Source: Lama guanicoe (taxonomy: Eukaryota). Taken from it: 64,000 nucleotides of DNA. Numbering within the stretch: position 1 is the stretch's first letter; the number at the start of each line of letters is the position of its first letter. The stretch is taken from contig MU054001.1 in NCBI GenBank assembly GCA_013239625.1, positions 5,319,078-5,383,077 of the forward strand. The letters run 5' to 3'. Positions 62,378-64,000 of the stretch are shown one piece after another. The notes beneath the pieces are model-generated. The model worked only from the letters and a program-made list of their open reading frames with translations. It searched no databases and was not told the DNA's origin. The position numbers and the translations under genes were made by a program.

Positions 62378-62814
62378 TGTGGTAGATTATTATAGTAATG
62401 GTCCCCATGAAACATGTCTCCCTGTATCCTCAACCTTGCATAGGCCCCTCCCACCTTGAATCTGGGCTTGGCCATGTGGCTTGCCTTGGCCAACGGAACA
62501 TTAGCAAGAATGACCAGAGCATAATCTTGTACAATGGGGCTTGTCTTCTTTCTCACAACTTTTGGAAAATAGCCACTATGTTAAAAAAAAAAAAGTCCAA
62601 AATAACTTGCTGGGAAAGTGTGGCTCAGCTGACAGCCAGCACCAATCACCAGATACAAGACCACTCAGCCCCAGCCAAGCCACTACATGACTGCAGCCAC
62701 AGGGGAGACCCTTATCAAATTGGTATCTTACAGAATCACAAGGAAGTAAATGGCTCTAGTTTTTAGCCACTAAATTTTAAAGAAGTTTCTTATAGAACAA
62801 TAGATAACTGTTAT
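62378..62814 (+). mobile_element. MaLR solo LTR (MLT1F/G/H-like)
   Basis: 'tgtggtaga...cccaccttgaatctgggcttggccatgtggcttgccttggccaa...tagccactaaatttt...caatagataactg'. Confidence 0.78.
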
Positions 62815-64000
62815 AGCACTTAACACTTTGGTCCCTTCCATCCTGCACAACAGCAATTCCCAAACAACATTCCTCTCGTCTTCGTAGTAGTATTCAAACG
62901 CAGGAGACCAAAAGATGTGACAAAACCCAACACCTTATGTCCCCATAAGTCATTGTGGCAGCCGATGCAAATTGTTTCCCAGAAACGGCCCCGTTACCCT
63001 AGCTGACCTTTGGAAAATAACCAGGGTGGCTTCAACACTCACTCTGCCCACCCATGCACAGGAACCAGAGAGGGAGAGTTCTCCTGGGCTCTCTTAGGAG
63101 CCCCCGGCCAGGGAATTCATAGTCTTTTCCGAGAGGAAGTGAAAGAGTCTGGGGCAGGCAGCTCCAGCAGCATGAGCCCCTGGTCAGCATGCCCCAGAAC
63201 TCACTCAGTGCCCCCTGTGACTTCAGAAGTCCCCACCCAGAGGGCACTGCTGGTTTTGTTGGGACCTGCCATGAGTTTCTCCCTCAGTCCCCTAGGTCCA
63301 TGCCACCCCCTCCTTCCAAGCTGAGATGCGCCTGGCAGTACTCACTAGGGAAATCATACTCCAGCATCCTGACCCCATGGAATTAAAAACCTGGCCTGCC
63401 ACGTTAGCAAGGGTGAGTGGACAGGACTGAAGATACTGCCTTAAACACACATAATCCTGGCTCCGCCAGCCCCGGGGAAGGTGTAATTAAGGTGCACAAG
63501 AACAGATGTGGCCTCATTTTGCACAGGCCACCGACTCCAGAGCTTTTGAAGCCACGCCTCTGGGGGCCCAACAGAGCCTGCCTTCCCTGTCTGAGACCAG
63601 TTCACTTCCAACACAAGCACTCAAGGTCTCGACTTCAATCATGTGTACTGAGTAAGAAATGTCTGGAGGTGGTAGATGTCCACACAGGGAAACCTTATGC
63701 CCCTCCCAGGTCCTGCCCAGCCTTTTCCCCACAAGAGTTCTCCAGCTCTGTGAGATGGCTCTGGACCCACCCAGAAAAACCTCAGGCTTTCTCCTGCTCC
63801 TAGAACTGCCCAAGATAAATGCTACTCTCCCAATCAGAAGTCAACCCAGAGGCATTCAGAGGTATTATGAAGTAGCTAACTTGAAGTAGCTAACTATGCG
63901 CTGGTTTAAGGACAAGAAATTTTATATAAATCGTGAAATTCCCAGAGTCTCTTGAGTTTGGCAACAATATGCCTGCTTGCAGAAGTTAACTGGAGTTGAG

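Noticed and set aside
1..64000. A novel multi-gene system, CRISPR array or prokaryotic defence locus
   Set aside because: The sequence is mammalian repeat-rich non-coding DNA; the longest ORF is 211 aa and lies largely antisense to an L1; no regularly spaced repeat-spacer array is visible.

Overview
Eutherian genomic DNA, most likely from a camelid: it carries five copies of a short tRNA-Ala(AGC)-derived SINE resembling camelid vic-1, and I saw no primate Alu. I find no supportable protein-coding gene, functional RNA gene, CRISPR array or operon-like system. The ORF track consists of decayed L1 ORF2 fragments, LTR/SINE-derived frames, low-complexity frames and chance ORFs. The window reads as gene desert or a large intron. 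It is a mosaic of ancient repeats (MIR, L2, L3/CR1, L1M, MaLR MLT1, ERVL LTR16, hAT MITEs) and younger lineage insertions (L1 3' ends, SINEs, one ERV1 solo LTR), separated by repeat-free islands rich in homeodomain/SOX/FOX/MEIS-type motifs that are candidate enhancers. The most informative structures are nested insertions with readable target-site duplications (TSDs). These include a probable twin-primed 5'-inverted L1 (5027-9679), a probable short L1 3' transduction (44727-44777) and a MER41-like solo LTR with a STAT-type site (37001-37637). I see no evidence for a novel biological system. Subfamily names come from recalled consensus sequences, not a database search, and boundaries without a stated TSD are approximate.
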